Source of the DNA: Candidatus Omnitrophota bacterium
GTDB lineage: Bacteria > Omnitrophota > Gorgyraeia > Zapsychrales > Fredricksoniimonadaceae
Assembly: GCA_030650275.1 (NCBI GenBank)
Contig: JAUSEK010000005.1
Coordinates: 39,307-103,306, forward strand
Direction of reading: 5' to 3'
Length of the DNA stretch: 64,000 bases
The first letter of the stretch is position 1. Every line of letters starts with the position of its first letter. Below the pieces are notes generated by a model. That model had not been told where the DNA came from. It saw nothing but the letters and a program-made list of their open reading frames with translations, and did no database searches. The position numbers and the translations under genes are program-made. Below, in pieces: positions 9,702 through 18,492 of this stretch.

Positions 9702-10901
9702 TTGAATAATATGGCTGTCTTTAATCGTGTTTGTTGTCCAGGGTGCGGTCAAAATCATAATGTCTATAAAAGAGACGTTAAGGAAATCATTTGTACGCAT
9801 TGCAAAGCAGAGATCAAAATCAGTTCCCGGGAGGGTAATTATTTTATCGAGCATTACTTCAACGGCAGGAGAAAAAGAGAGAAAGTAGGTTCCAGCCGAA
9901 AATTAGCTGAAACGGTTTTAGCCAAGCGTAAGGTCGAAATTGCTGAAGGCAAGTTTCTCGATGTTAACAAAAGTGAAAAGATCAAGTTTGAAATTTTTGG
10001 CAACGAGTTTATTAATGTCCATTCCAAGGTTAATAAAAAGAGTTGGCAGTCAGATCGCTACAATCTTAATAGCTTGGGTAAGTTTTTTGGAGGCAAATAC
10101 CTTTACGAAATCAAAGTCAAAGATATCGAAGATTTCAAGTTGGAACGTTCTAAAACCGCTTCACCGGCTACAGTTAATCGGGAGCTGGCTACTTTAAAGA
10201 CGTTATTTAATAAAGCGGTGCTTTGGGACAAGCTTAAAGAGACTCCTGCAAAAGCTGTTACTTTCTTGAGAGAGCCAAAAGGCCGGGTCCGGTTCCTGGA
10301 ACGTGAGGAGATCGTTAAATTGCTTTCCAATTGCAATAAAAAGCTGCGACCCATTGTGGTTGTTGCCTTAAATACCGGGATGCGCAGAGGAGAGATTTTA
10401 GGCTTAAAATGGTCAGATGTTGATCTCAAAAGGGCTATTTTAACCCTCCATGACACCAAGAATGGTGAAAAGCGGGAAGTATACATAAATGAGCAGGTCA
10501 AGACGGCTTTGATTAGGATACCCAGGAATGCCCAAAGTCCTTATGTTTTCTGCGGTTCCAACGGAAAACCATACCAGGATGTTCGCAAATCATTCTGGAC
10601 AGCCCTGCGTAAATCTGATATAAAAGAGTTTCATTTTCATGACCTGCGGCATACTTTCGCAAGCCAGTTGGTCATGGCCGGTATAGATCTAAATACAGTG
10701 CGAGAATTATTAGGCCATAAGGATATAAGAATGACATTGCGTTATAGCCATTTATCGGCAAGCCATAAAAAACATGCGGTGGACGTTTTAGGTAAAAAGA
10801 TAGACACTTTTTGGACACTAGACGGTGATTCTAAAAGTAAGCAAAATTATGATTTATCGCAAGTTATTGGAAATAAACAACTAATGAGGTCCGGGACGTA
10901 G
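9702..10901 (+). CDS. int: Tyrosine recombinase/integrase with N-terminal Zn-ribbon
   Basis: Catalytic region ...R...HDLRHTFAS...LGH...RY. Four Cys at the N-terminus (CPGCG...CTHC). The stop codon TAG at 10899-10901 lies inside the tRNA gene. Confidence 0.85.
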   Translation: MNNMAVFNRVCCPGCGQNHNVYKRDVKEIICTHCKAEIKISSREGNYFIEHYFNGRRKREKVGSSRKLAETVLAKRKVEIAEGKFLDVNKSEKIKFEIFGNEFINVHSKVNKKSWQSDRYNLNSLGKFFGGKYLYEIKVKDIEDFKLERSKTASPATVNRELATLKTLFNKAVLWDKLKETPAKAVTFLREPKGRVRFLEREEIVKLLSNCNKKLRPIVVVALNTGMRRGEILGLKWSDVDLKRAILTLHDTKNGEKREVYINEQVKTALIRIPRNAQSPYVFCGSNGKPYQDVRKSFWTALRKSDIKEFHFHDLRHTFASQLVMAGIDLNTVRELLGHKDIRMTLRYSHLSASHKKHAVDVLGKKIDTFWTLDGDSKSKQNYDLSQVIGNKQLMRSGT

Positions 10902-10968
10902 CGCAGTTGGCTAGCGCACTTGAATGGGGTTCAAGAGGCCGTGAGTTCAAATCTCACCGTCCCGACCA
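10892..10968 (+). tRNA. tRNA-Pro (anticodon GGG)
   Basis: 77-nt cloverleaf: acceptor CGGGACG/CGTCCCG, D-arm GCGC-AGTTGGCTA-GCGC, anticodon stem CTTGA/TCAAG with loop ATGGGGT, T-arm GTGAG-TTCAAAT-CTCAC, discriminator A, encoded CCA. Confidence 0.85.
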
Positions 10969-11050
10969 TTTTAATTTAGGGAAGTGAGATTTGAAGCCGA
11001 CCCGAGCGCCATTGGTCCAAGCGAGGGCGGCCGACTGCGGGGGAATACCA

Positions 11051-11407
11051 ATGACAGACTCTTTCAAAGACCGCCGGCAGCATGTCCGTATTTACCGTAA
11101 CTATATCCTTTCCTATCATTTAAAGGGGAAAGGCAACATCAAATACGAAATGTCGCAGGTCAATAATATCAGCAAAGGCGGGATCAATTTCATTGTCAAC
11201 GCGCCCTTTGAGCCCGGCAGTGAACTGGTCATTGAGCTCAAGACGCCGTTTTTAGGCGACAACGTCACCCTGGAGGGGGTGGTCCTGGACTCAAAGGAAA
11301 AGATCCCGGGGCTCCTGTATGAGGCCAGGGTCCAATTCCATGAACTTTCGGCACAAGCCCAGGATGTTCTGGACAAGATCGAGCGTTATTCTTCCGAAAA
11401 TAAATAA
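11051..11407 (+). CDS. PilZ-domain c-di-GMP-binding protein
   Basis: RRQHVR (RxxxR) and NNISKGG (D/NxSxGG) motifs. The ORF could start at 10991, but the start was chosen at the Met preceding the PilZ motif. Confidence 0.65.
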   Translation: MTDSFKDRRQHVRIYRNYILSYHLKGKGNIKYEMSQVNNISKGGINFIVNAPFEPGSELVIELKTPFLGDNVTLEGVVLDSKEKIPGLLYEARVQFHELSAQAQDVLDKIERYSSENK

Positions 11408-11428
11408 GGATAATCGTGTGAGGTTCGT

Positions 11429-12724
11429 ATGGAACGCATCAATATCGGTTTGATCGGCTATGGCGTCATCGGACAAGGGGTCGTCAAGATCCTGAAAAGC
11501 CGCCGTAAATTCTATAAAGACAAATATCAAAAAGATTTCTTTATCAAGACCATCGCGGACCGCAGCATTGCCAAAAAACCCTCACCCGGTCTGGACAATA
11601 CTTTTTTGACCCCGGACTATCATGCCGTGCTCAATGACAAGGATATTTCCATCGTCATTGAACTCATCGGCGGCATGAATCCGGCCAAGGACATCGCTTT
11701 GTCCGTTTTGCGTTCCGGGAAGCATTTGATCACCGCCAACAAGGAACTGATCGCCAATTGCGGCCAGGAACTTTTCAAAGAGGCCAATGCCGCCGGTAAA
11801 AGCGTTTATTTTGAATCCGCGGTCGGGGCCGGCATTCCCATCATCCGCACCATCACCGAGGGTCTGGCCGGCAATAAATTCAACGGCGTCTACGGGATCA
11901 TCAACGGCACCTGCAATTATATTTTGACCGAAATGTCCCGGAGACAATTGACGTTCCAGCAGGCCCTGAAAGAAGCGCAGGAAAAAGGATATGCCGAAAG
12001 CAATCCGACTTTGGACATCAACGGCATGGACGCGGCGCACAAACTGGCTATTCTGGTTTTCTTGACCCAGGGGAAGTTCGTCGGGGTCAAGGATTTTTAT
12101 ACCGAGGGGATCAATCATATTTCCCACGAGGACATTGAATTCGCCGGTAACCTGAATCTGACCATACGGCTTTTGGCCATTGCCAAGAGGGTCGGCAATG
12201 AACTTGACGTGCGTGTGCATCCGACGCTGATCCCCAAAGAGCACGCGTTGGCCACGGTCAACGGTGTGGACAATGCCATCTTTTTGGATACCGACCCGCT
12301 GGGTGATATTTTCATTGAAGGTCAGGGCGCGGGGCAGATGACCGCGGCCTCCGGGGTCGTCAGCGATCTGGTCAATGTGGCCATGCGCAAAGACATGGCC
12401 ATGCCGGTGTGGGCGGGCAACCCCATTGAAGAGGGGGAGGGCCTCACCATCCGCAAGATCGATGAAGTGGAGACCCGTTTTTACATCCGTTTCATGGTCA
12501 TTGACAAACCCGGTGTTCTGGCGATCATCACCGGTGTTTTGGGCCAGCACAATATCAGCATCGCGTCCGTCACCCAGAAACAGGAAAATAAGGGCCTGAC
12601 CGTTCCCGTGGTCATGTTGACCCATGGCGCCAAGGAACATCTGGTGCGCGAGGCACTGGAACAGATCAATCATCTGGCGGTGGTGCGCAGCAAACCCGTG
12701 GCCATCCGCATGGAGAAGTTATGA
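11429..12724 (+). CDS. hom: Homoserine dehydrogenase
   Basis: NAD-binding [12 protein letters not shown], a central catalytic domain and a C-terminal ACT domain. Confidence 0.9.
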   Translation: MERINIGLIGYGVIGQGVVKILKSRRKFYKDKYQKDFFIKTIADRSIAKKPSPGLDNTFLTPDYHAVLNDKDISIVIELIGGMNPAKDIALSVLRSGKHLITANKELIANCGQELFKEANAAGKSVYFESAVGAGIPIIRTITEGLAGNKFNGVYGIINGTCNYILTEMSRRQLTFQQALKEAQEKGYAESNPTLDINGMDAAHKLAILVFLTQGKFVGVKDFYTEGINHISHEDIEFAGNLNLTIRLLAIAKRVGNELDVRVHPTLIPKEHALATVNGVDNAIFLDTDPLGDIFIEGQGAGQMTAASGVVSDLVNVAMRKDMAMPVWAGNPIEEGEGLTIRKIDEVETRFYIRFMVIDKPGVLAIITGVLGQHNISIASVTQKQENKGLTVPVVMLTHGAKEHLVREALEQINHLAVVRSKPVAIRMEKL

Positions 12725-13779
12725 TGGTCCGTTGGACAGGCGTCATTGAGCGTTACCGTGAATATCTGCCGGTTTCCCAAAAGACCCCGGTCGTCACCCT
12801 GCATGAAGGCAATACGCCTTTGATCCCGTCGGAAGAATTGTCCAAACGCACCGGCCTGCAGGTTTTCTTGAAATATGAGGGTTTAAACCCGACGGGGTCT
12901 TTCAAAGACCGCGGCATGACCATGGCCATTTCCAAGGCCGCTGAAAAAAAGGCCAGGGTGGTCATCTGCGCGTCCACCGGCAACACCTCGGCTTCGGCCG
13001 CGGCGTATGCCGCCCGTGCCGGGATGAAATGCGTTGTCCTGATCCCCAACGGCAACATTGCTCTGGGCAAATTGGCCCAGGCCATGGTGCATCAAGCACA
13101 GGTCATTGCCATTGACGGTAATTTTGACGATGCTTTAAACCTGGTCAAGGACATCGCGGCCCATTATCCGGTGGAACTGGTCAATTCCATCAATCCTTTC
13201 CGTATTGAAGGGCAAAAGACAGCCGCTTTTGAGATCTGTGATTTCTTAGGGGACGCCCCGGATTTTCATGCCATACCCGTTGGCAATGCCGGTAATATCA
13301 CGGCGTATTGGAAAGGGTATCAAGAATACAAGTCCGCGGGCAAAAGCAAAATTTTGCCGAAAATGCTTGGATTCCAGGCCGCGGGCGCCGCGCCCATTGT
13401 TGAAAACCGTGTCATTAAAGATCCAGACACCATCGCGACTGCCATCCGCATCGGCAATCCGGCCAGTTGGAAGGCGGCGGTCGCGGCCCGCGACGAGTCC
13501 AAAGGAACGATCGACAAGGTGACGGACGCCCAGATCCTGGAGGCCTATCGTTTGATCGCCGGCGCCGGTATTTTCGCGGAACCGGCCAGCGCCGCATCCA
13601 TTGCCGGCATTTTGAAGTTGACCCAAAGCGGGTATTTTGCTCAACACAAGGGCGGGCGCATTGTCTGCACCCTGACCGGGCATGGACTTAAAGATCCCGG
13701 CACAGCCATGAAGGACCTGCCCCAGCCGCCGGTTGTTGCCGCGGACCGCAAAGCCATTTTATCGCTCATAGGATTGTGA
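12721..13779 (+). CDS. thrC: Threonine synthase
   Basis: PLP-fold motifs HEGNTPLIP and GSFKDRGM, typical of ThrC. Overlaps hom by 4 nt. Confidence 0.9.
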   Translation: MMVRWTGVIERYREYLPVSQKTPVVTLHEGNTPLIPSEELSKRTGLQVFLKYEGLNPTGSFKDRGMTMAISKAAEKKARVVICASTGNTSASAAAYAARAGMKCVVLIPNGNIALGKLAQAMVHQAQVIAIDGNFDDALNLVKDIAAHYPVELVNSINPFRIEGQKTAAFEICDFLGDAPDFHAIPVGNAGNITAYWKGYQEYKSAGKSKILPKMLGFQAAGAAPIVENRVIKDPDTIATAIRIGNPASWKAAVAARDESKGTIDKVTDAQILEAYRLIAGAGIFAEPASAASIAGILKLTQSGYFAQHKGGRIVCTLTGHGLKDPGTAMKDLPQPPVVAADRKAILSLIGL

Positions 13780-13780
13780 C

Positions 13781-14344
13781 ATGAGGGTCTTGATCACATG
13801 CGGGCCAACCTGGGTTCCTATTGACCGCGTTCGGGTGATCAGCAACCGTTCAACGGGGGAAATGGGCCGTGCCCTGGCCCGGGCGTTCCTGAAACGCAAA
13901 GCGCACGTGACTCTGCTTGAGGGGCCGATGGCTTTTGATGAACTCAAAAGCGTTCTTAAGAAAGAAGTGCAAAAGGGGCATGACGTTGTCATTCACGCGG
14001 CCGCTGTTTCGGATTTTAAACTTAAAACGCCGCTGAAGGGAAAGGTCAGTTCCCGCAAACCCCTGGTCCTGAAATTGACACCGACCCCCAAGATCATCGC
14101 GTTGATCAAAAAATGGTCGCCGCGGACATTTTTGGTGGGGTTTAAATTGGAGCCCGGCCTGACACGTTCACGCGTACGGCGTTTGACACAGGAACTTTTC
14201 AGGACGGGCTGTGATCTGGTGGTGGCCAACACCGTTGAAAACGGATACAAAGGTTTTATTGTGGATGCGGACGGCCATATTCTGGCGCAGGCGTCGAAAA
14301 AAAAGAAAATCGCAGAATTGTTGGTAAAATTATTAATTCGTTAA
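13781..14344 (+). CDS. Stand-alone CoaB-like (phosphopantothenate-cysteine ligase domain) protein
   Basis: ITCGPTWVPIDRVRVISNRSTGEMG matches the CoaB ITxGPTxxxIDxVRxIxNxSxG motif. At 187 aa it has no CoaC domain. Confidence 0.6.
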   Translation: MRVLITCGPTWVPIDRVRVISNRSTGEMGRALARAFLKRKAHVTLLEGPMAFDELKSVLKKEVQKGHDVVIHAAAVSDFKLKTPLKGKVSSRKPLVLKLTPTPKIIALIKKWSPRTFLVGFKLEPGLTRSRVRRLTQELFRTGCDLVVANTVENGYKGFIVDADGHILAQASKKKKIAELLVKLLIR

Positions 14345-14410
14345 TGTAGGGGCGATGCTTGTCATCGCCCGCGATGAGGGCGAACACAAGGTTCGCCCCT
14401 ACGGTCAATC

Positions 14411-15613
14411 ATGAAATATATCATTCTTGTTCCTGACGGTGTAGCGGATGAACCGTGCGCTCAACTCAACGGCAAGACGCCTTTGGAAGCCGCCCATACC
14501 GTTAACATGGATGACATGGCCCGCAACGGTCTGTGCGGGCTCGTTAAGACCATTCCCGATGGTTTGGCGCCGGGATCGGATGTTGGTAATTTAGCTCTCC
14601 TGGGCTACGATCCCAGGGTCAATTTTTCCGGACGGGCGCCTTTGGAAGCCGCGAACATGGGCGTCATCCTGAAAGCCGATGAGGTGGCGTTCCGTTGTAA
14701 TCTGGTCACCGTCATCGACGGGAAGATGGTGGATTATAGCGCGGGACACATTGATTCCGAGGAAGCCAGAAATTTGATCGAGGACCTGCAGCGGGCCATT
14801 GACTGGCCGGACGTGCGTTTTTATGCGGGCAAGGGTTACCGGCATTTGATGGTCATTAAAAGTTTGAACGTTGAGAAATTGTCCGCGATCAAGACCATGG
14901 CGCCGCACGATATTCCGGGTCAGCCCGTCGCCGGCCATTTGCCGTCGGGCCCGCAAAGCGAGATCCTGTTGACCCTGATGGAAAAATCCAGGAAGATCCT
15001 GGGCGGGCACGCGATCAACCATGCCCGTGAGGGCCTGGGGGACAAGCCGGCCAATCAGATCTGGCTGTGGGGGCAGGGGAAAAAACCGGACCTTCCGTCG
15101 TTCAAGGAACGCTGGGATCTGACCGGCGCGGTGATCTCGGCGGTGGACCTGGTCAACGGCATCGGCCGCCTGGCCGGTTTGAAAGTCATCACCGTGCCCG
15201 GAGCCAACGGCTATTACGATACCAATTACAAGGGAAAAGCCGAATATGCGCTGGAGGCCCTGAAAGACCATGATCTTGTGTACGTGCACGTGGAAGCCCC
15301 CGACGAGGCCGGACATAACGGGGACCTTAAGATGAAGATGGAAACGATCGAACGTTTTGACCGGGACCTGGTCGGTACCATCTTGAACCGTTACGGCAAG
15401 AACGATGACGCGCGTATTCTGGTGACCCCTGACCATCCGACCCCGGTGGCCAAACGGACCCACACGTCATCCCCGGTGCCGTTCGTGATGTTCGGCCGCG
15501 GCATCAAGTCCAATGGCGCGGTCCAATACGGAGAAACAGCCGCGGCCAAGAACGGATTGAAATTCCAAAGCGGCGAAGAGATGATGCGTTATTTTTTGAA
15601 AACAGGGAATTGA
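14411..15613 (+). CDS. Archaeal-type cofactor-independent phosphoglycerate mutase (ApgM) family protein; probable non-orthologous homoserine kinase
   Basis: N-terminus MKYIILVPDGVADEP and the metal-ligand pattern of the ApgM/iPGM family. It sits where thrB would be expected, between thrC and lysC. Confidence 0.65.
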   Translation: MKYIILVPDGVADEPCAQLNGKTPLEAAHTVNMDDMARNGLCGLVKTIPDGLAPGSDVGNLALLGYDPRVNFSGRAPLEAANMGVILKADEVAFRCNLVTVIDGKMVDYSAGHIDSEEARNLIEDLQRAIDWPDVRFYAGKGYRHLMVIKSLNVEKLSAIKTMAPHDIPGQPVAGHLPSGPQSEILLTLMEKSRKILGGHAINHAREGLGDKPANQIWLWGQGKKPDLPSFKERWDLTGAVISAVDLVNGIGRLAGLKVITVPGANGYYDTNYKGKAEYALEALKDHDLVYVHVEAPDEAGHNGDLKMKMETIERFDRDLVGTILNRYGKNDDARILVTPDHPTPVAKRTHTSSPVPFVMFGRGIKSNGAVQYGETAAAKNGLKFQSGEEMMRYFLKTGN

Positions 15614-15614
15614 T

Positions 15615-16838
15615 ATGGAAAAAGAGATCGTTGTCCAGAAATTCGGCGGGTCCTCAGTGGCTGACGTTGAACGCATCAAGAACGTGGCCAGCCGGGTCGT
15701 CTCCTATAAGGACAAACATACCGATATCGTGGTCGTTGTTTCCGCGCTGGGGGACACGACGGATGAACTGGAGTCGCTGGCGTTCCAATTGAGCCAAGAT
15801 CCGCCTGAACGCGAGATGGACATGCTGTTGTCCACCGGCGAACAGATCTCCTGCGCTCTTCTGGCCATGGCCATCAAGGAATTGGGATATGACGCCATTT
15901 CCTATACGGGCCGGCAGGTGGGCATCAAGACGGACAAGACGCATACCAAGGCGCGCATCATCACCATTGACGACAAACGGATCCGCAGGGCTTTCAAGGA
16001 CAACAAGATCGTCATCGTGGCCGGTTATCAGGGCGTGACGTCCCAGGACGATATCACCACCCTGGGGCGCGGCGGTTCGGATCTGACCGCGGTGGCGCTG
16101 GCCAAAGCGTTAAGGGCGAAGGTCTGCGAGATCTACACCGACGTGGACGGCATTTATACCGCTGACCCGCGCATTGTGCCTGAAGCCCGCAAGATCAAAC
16201 AGATCACGTTTGATGAGATGCTGGAAATGGCTTCTTTGGGCGCGCAGGTCATGCAGGCGCGTTCCATCGAGGTGGCCAAACGTTTCAACATTCCCTTATA
16301 CGTTCGTTCGAGCTTTTCAAAGGAGGAAGGGACCATGATCGTCAAAGAAACCGAGAAAATGGAAGAGATCGCCGTGCGGGGGATCACCTGCAATAAGGGC
16401 GAGGCCAAGGTCACCATTTGTTCTGTTCCGGACAAGCCGGGCATCGCGGCGAAGATATTCGGGGAGATCTCCAAGAGCGGCATCAACGTGGACACGATCG
16501 TCCAGAACGTTCCGCACGACCGGTTGTCCGATATTTCTTTCACCGTGCCCAAGACAGATCTCAACGAGACCATCAAGGTGACCACCGCCATCGGCAAAAA
16601 GATCGGTGCCGGGGAAATCTTGGAGGACAGGAACATCGCCCGCGTTTCCCTGGTCGGGTCGGGCATGCGTTCGCACAGCGGCATCGCGGCCAGGATGTTC
16701 AAGACATTGGCGGACAATGCCATCAACATCGAGATGATCTCCACGTCCGAGATCAGCGTGTCCTGCATCATCCAGCAGGACCTGGCGGACAAGGCGGTCA
16801 GATCTCTGCACAAGGCGTTCAAATTAGAGGCCATTTAA
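15615..16838 (+). CDS. lysC: Aspartate kinase
   Basis: VQKFGGSSV, an amino-acid kinase fold and two C-terminal ACT domains. Confidence 0.9.
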   Translation: MEKEIVVQKFGGSSVADVERIKNVASRVVSYKDKHTDIVVVVSALGDTTDELESLAFQLSQDPPEREMDMLLSTGEQISCALLAMAIKELGYDAISYTGRQVGIKTDKTHTKARIITIDDKRIRRAFKDNKIVIVAGYQGVTSQDDITTLGRGGSDLTAVALAKALRAKVCEIYTDVDGIYTADPRIVPEARKIKQITFDEMLEMASLGAQVMQARSIEVAKRFNIPLYVRSSFSKEEGTMIVKETEKMEEIAVRGITCNKGEAKVTICSVPDKPGIAAKIFGEISKSGINVDTIVQNVPHDRLSDISFTVPKTDLNETIKVTTAIGKKIGAGEILEDRNIARVSLVGSGMRSHSGIAARMFKTLADNAINIEMISTSEISVSCIIQQDLADKAVRSLHKAFKLEAI

Positions 16839-18406
16839 TGTCCAAAGTTATCATCTACGATACAACCTTGCGCGACGGTTCGCAGACCGAGGGCGTGTCT
16901 TATACCGTCAGCGACAAGGTCAAGATCACCGAGAAGCTCGATGAGCTGGGCGTGCATTACATCGAGGGCGGGTGGCCGGGCTCTAATCCCAAGGACAAAG
17001 AATTTTTTGAGTTGATGAAGCTCCGCAAGCTCAAGAACGCGGTTTTGGCTTCTTTCGGTTCCACGCGCCGGGCGAATGTCAAGCCGGGGGATGACAATAA
17101 TCTCAAAGAATTGGTCGCTTCCCAAACAAAAACCGTGACCATTTTCGGCAAGTCATGGGACCTGCATGTCACCGATGTCATCAAGACAACACTGGCCGAA
17201 AATTTGAAAATGATCGGGGACAGCGTGGCTTTCCTCAAAAGCCACCGGTTGGAAGTGTTTTACGATGCCGAGCATTTTTTCGACGGGTATAAACATAATC
17301 CGGCCTATGCCCTGAAGACCGTTTTGGCCGCGCAAAAGGCCAAGGCCGATTGTATCATTTTGTGCGATACCAACGGCGGCACCTTGCCCGAAGAAGTGAC
17401 CAGGATCGTCAAGGAGGTCAAAAAGAAAATCAGGACGCCTTTGGGGATTCACACCCATAATGATATGGACCTGGCGGTGGCCAATACCCTGGCCGGCGTC
17501 AATGCCGGATGCGTGCAGGTGCAGGGGACGTTCAATGGTCTGGGCGAACGCTGCGGCAACGCGGACTTATGCACCGTCATCGCCATCCTGCACACCAAGA
17601 TGAAAAAAACATCCATCCCGGAAAACAAGATCAAACATTTGATGGAGACGTCGTATTATTTGAGCGAGGTGAGCAATTATACGCTTTCCAATAACCACGC
17701 GTTCGTGGGGCACGCGGCTTTTGCCCACAAGGGCGGGGTGCACATTGATGCCATCCTTAAGAACCCGATGGCCTATGAACACATCGAACCGTCCATTGTC
17801 GGCAATCACCGCCGTCTTTTGACCTCTGAATTGGCGGGCAAGATGCCCATCATCCTCAAGGCGCAGAAGATGAACATCACTCTGGACAAGAATTCCGAAC
17901 AGACCAAGAAGCTCCTCGCGGACCTTCAGCAGTACGAGCATGCCGGTTATCAGTTTGAGGCCGCGGACGCGTCCTTCGAATTGTTCATGAAACGCCGTTT
18001 GGGCCAGTACCAGCCGTTCTATCATCTGGACGGGTTCAAGGTCTTTACCGAGAAGAAACCCGACGGCACGGTCGCGGCCGGGGCCACGGTGCGTTTGAAG
18101 GTCAACGGCCATGACGAGATCGCCACCGTTGAAGGCCATGGTCCGGTTGAGGTCCTGGACAGGGCCCTGCGCGGCGCTTTGAAAAAGTTCTATCCGGCCC
18201 TGGAAGACATGCACCTTTCGGATTACAAGGTGCGTGTTTTGGACAGCAAGGAAGGGACCGGCGCCAAGGTGCGCGTTTTGATCGAATCACAGGACACGAA
18301 GGATTCGTGGACAACCGTCGGCGTCCACGAAAACGTCATTGAAGCCAGTTGGGAAGCGTTGGCGGACAGCATTGAGTACAAACTCTTGAAAGATAAGAAA
18401 GTTTAG
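16838..18406 (+). CDS. cimA: Citramalate synthase / 2-isopropylmalate synthase family (CimA-like, ~522 aa)
   Basis: TTLRDGSQ and HTHNDMDLAVANTLAGV (DRE-TIM barrel) plus a LeuA-dimer C-terminal domain. The ATG overlaps the lysC stop (TAATG). The longer upstream ORF at 16418 is spurious. Confidence 0.8.
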   Translation: MSKVIIYDTTLRDGSQTEGVSYTVSDKVKITEKLDELGVHYIEGGWPGSNPKDKEFFELMKLRKLKNAVLASFGSTRRANVKPGDDNNLKELVASQTKTVTIFGKSWDLHVTDVIKTTLAENLKMIGDSVAFLKSHRLEVFYDAEHFFDGYKHNPAYALKTVLAAQKAKADCIILCDTNGGTLPEEVTRIVKEVKKKIRTPLGIHTHNDMDLAVANTLAGVNAGCVQVQGTFNGLGERCGNADLCTVIAILHTKMKKTSIPENKIKHLMETSYYLSEVSNYTLSNNHAFVGHAAFAHKGGVHIDAILKNPMAYEHIEPSIVGNHRRLLTSELAGKMPIILKAQKMNITLDKNSEQTKKLLADLQQYEHAGYQFEAADASFELFMKRRLGQYQPFYHLDGFKVFTEKKPDGTVAAGATVRLKVNGHDEIATVEGHGPVEVLDRALRGALKKFYPALEDMHLSDYKVRVLDSKEGTGAKVRVLIESQDTKDSWTTVGVHENVIEASWEALADSIEYKLLKDKKV

Positions 18407-18492
18407 GACGGGTCCTGTCTTCGGTTTTCCCCCAGCGTGCTCGTTCCTGCGCGCGCCGGGGGGCCCCCTACCGAAGCCACCCGTACCACACC

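Noticed and set aside
11582-12673. 363-aa minus-strand ORF antisense to hom
   Set aside because: It lies entirely within homoserine dehydrogenase, which has clear conserved motifs on the plus strand. Such shadow ORFs are typical in GC-rich coding DNA. The composition is Gly/Arg/Asp-rich and low-complexity.
16418-16837. Long N-terminal extension of the cimA ORF overlapping lysC
   Set aside because: Translation in that frame is an Arg/His-rich low-complexity string. The real start is the ATG at 16838, overlapping the lysC stop and followed immediately by the conserved MSKVIIYDTTLRDGSQ.
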